Part shown: positions 37,858-37,887 of the stretch, one piece after another
How the letters are laid out: each line of letters starts with the position of its first letter
Numbering within the stretch: the first letter of the stretch is position 1
From: Jimgerdemannia flammicorona
Lineage: Eukaryota
Length of the DNA: 37,887 nt
Direction of reading: 5' to 3'
Assembly: GCA_003990765.1 (NCBI GenBank)
Contig: RBNJ01000175.1
Coordinates: forward strand, 1-37,887
The notes under the pieces: generated by a model
The model's database searches: none
Told to the model about the DNA's origin: nothing
Seen by the model: only the letters and a program-made list of their open reading frames with translations
Program-made: the position numbers and the translations under genes

Positions 37858-37887
<30 letters not shown>
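37858..37887 (-). mobile_element. Poly(T) run, probable poly(A) tail of a further minus-strand retroelement
   Basis: At least 30 T running off the window; the three other long T runs here are LINE tails. Confidence 0.55.

Overview
This is eukaryotic DNA, most likely fungal, judging from short GT-AG introns, poly(A)-tailed APE+RT LINEs and the absence of prokaryotic features. The window has three domains. (1) 1-11585 is CpG-stripped repeat DNA: L1/Tx1-like LINE A (minus), a decayed Ty3/gypsy-type gag with a candidate LTR, a MITE, a 5'-truncated plus-strand LINE (F), and one isolated ~90-bp CpG/TF-motif island. (2) 11586-19000 is a CpG-rich host island with a tandem array of four Myb-repeat paralogues. 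Only one (16401-17522) is intact: 3 exons, 315 aa, five Myb/SANT repeats and an N-terminus resembling a mitochondrial presequence. (3) 19001-37887 is a nested pile of minus-strand LINEs (B, C, D inside C, plus another poly(A) tail) that landed in the fourth Myb copy. The 5' half of that gene, trapped between two LINEs, and the repeat-side copy of a target-site duplication are heavily C>T/G>A mutated while their island-side counterparts are much less affected. This points to a RIP-like mutational defence spreading into unique host DNA. All alignments were done by eye; no database searches were run.
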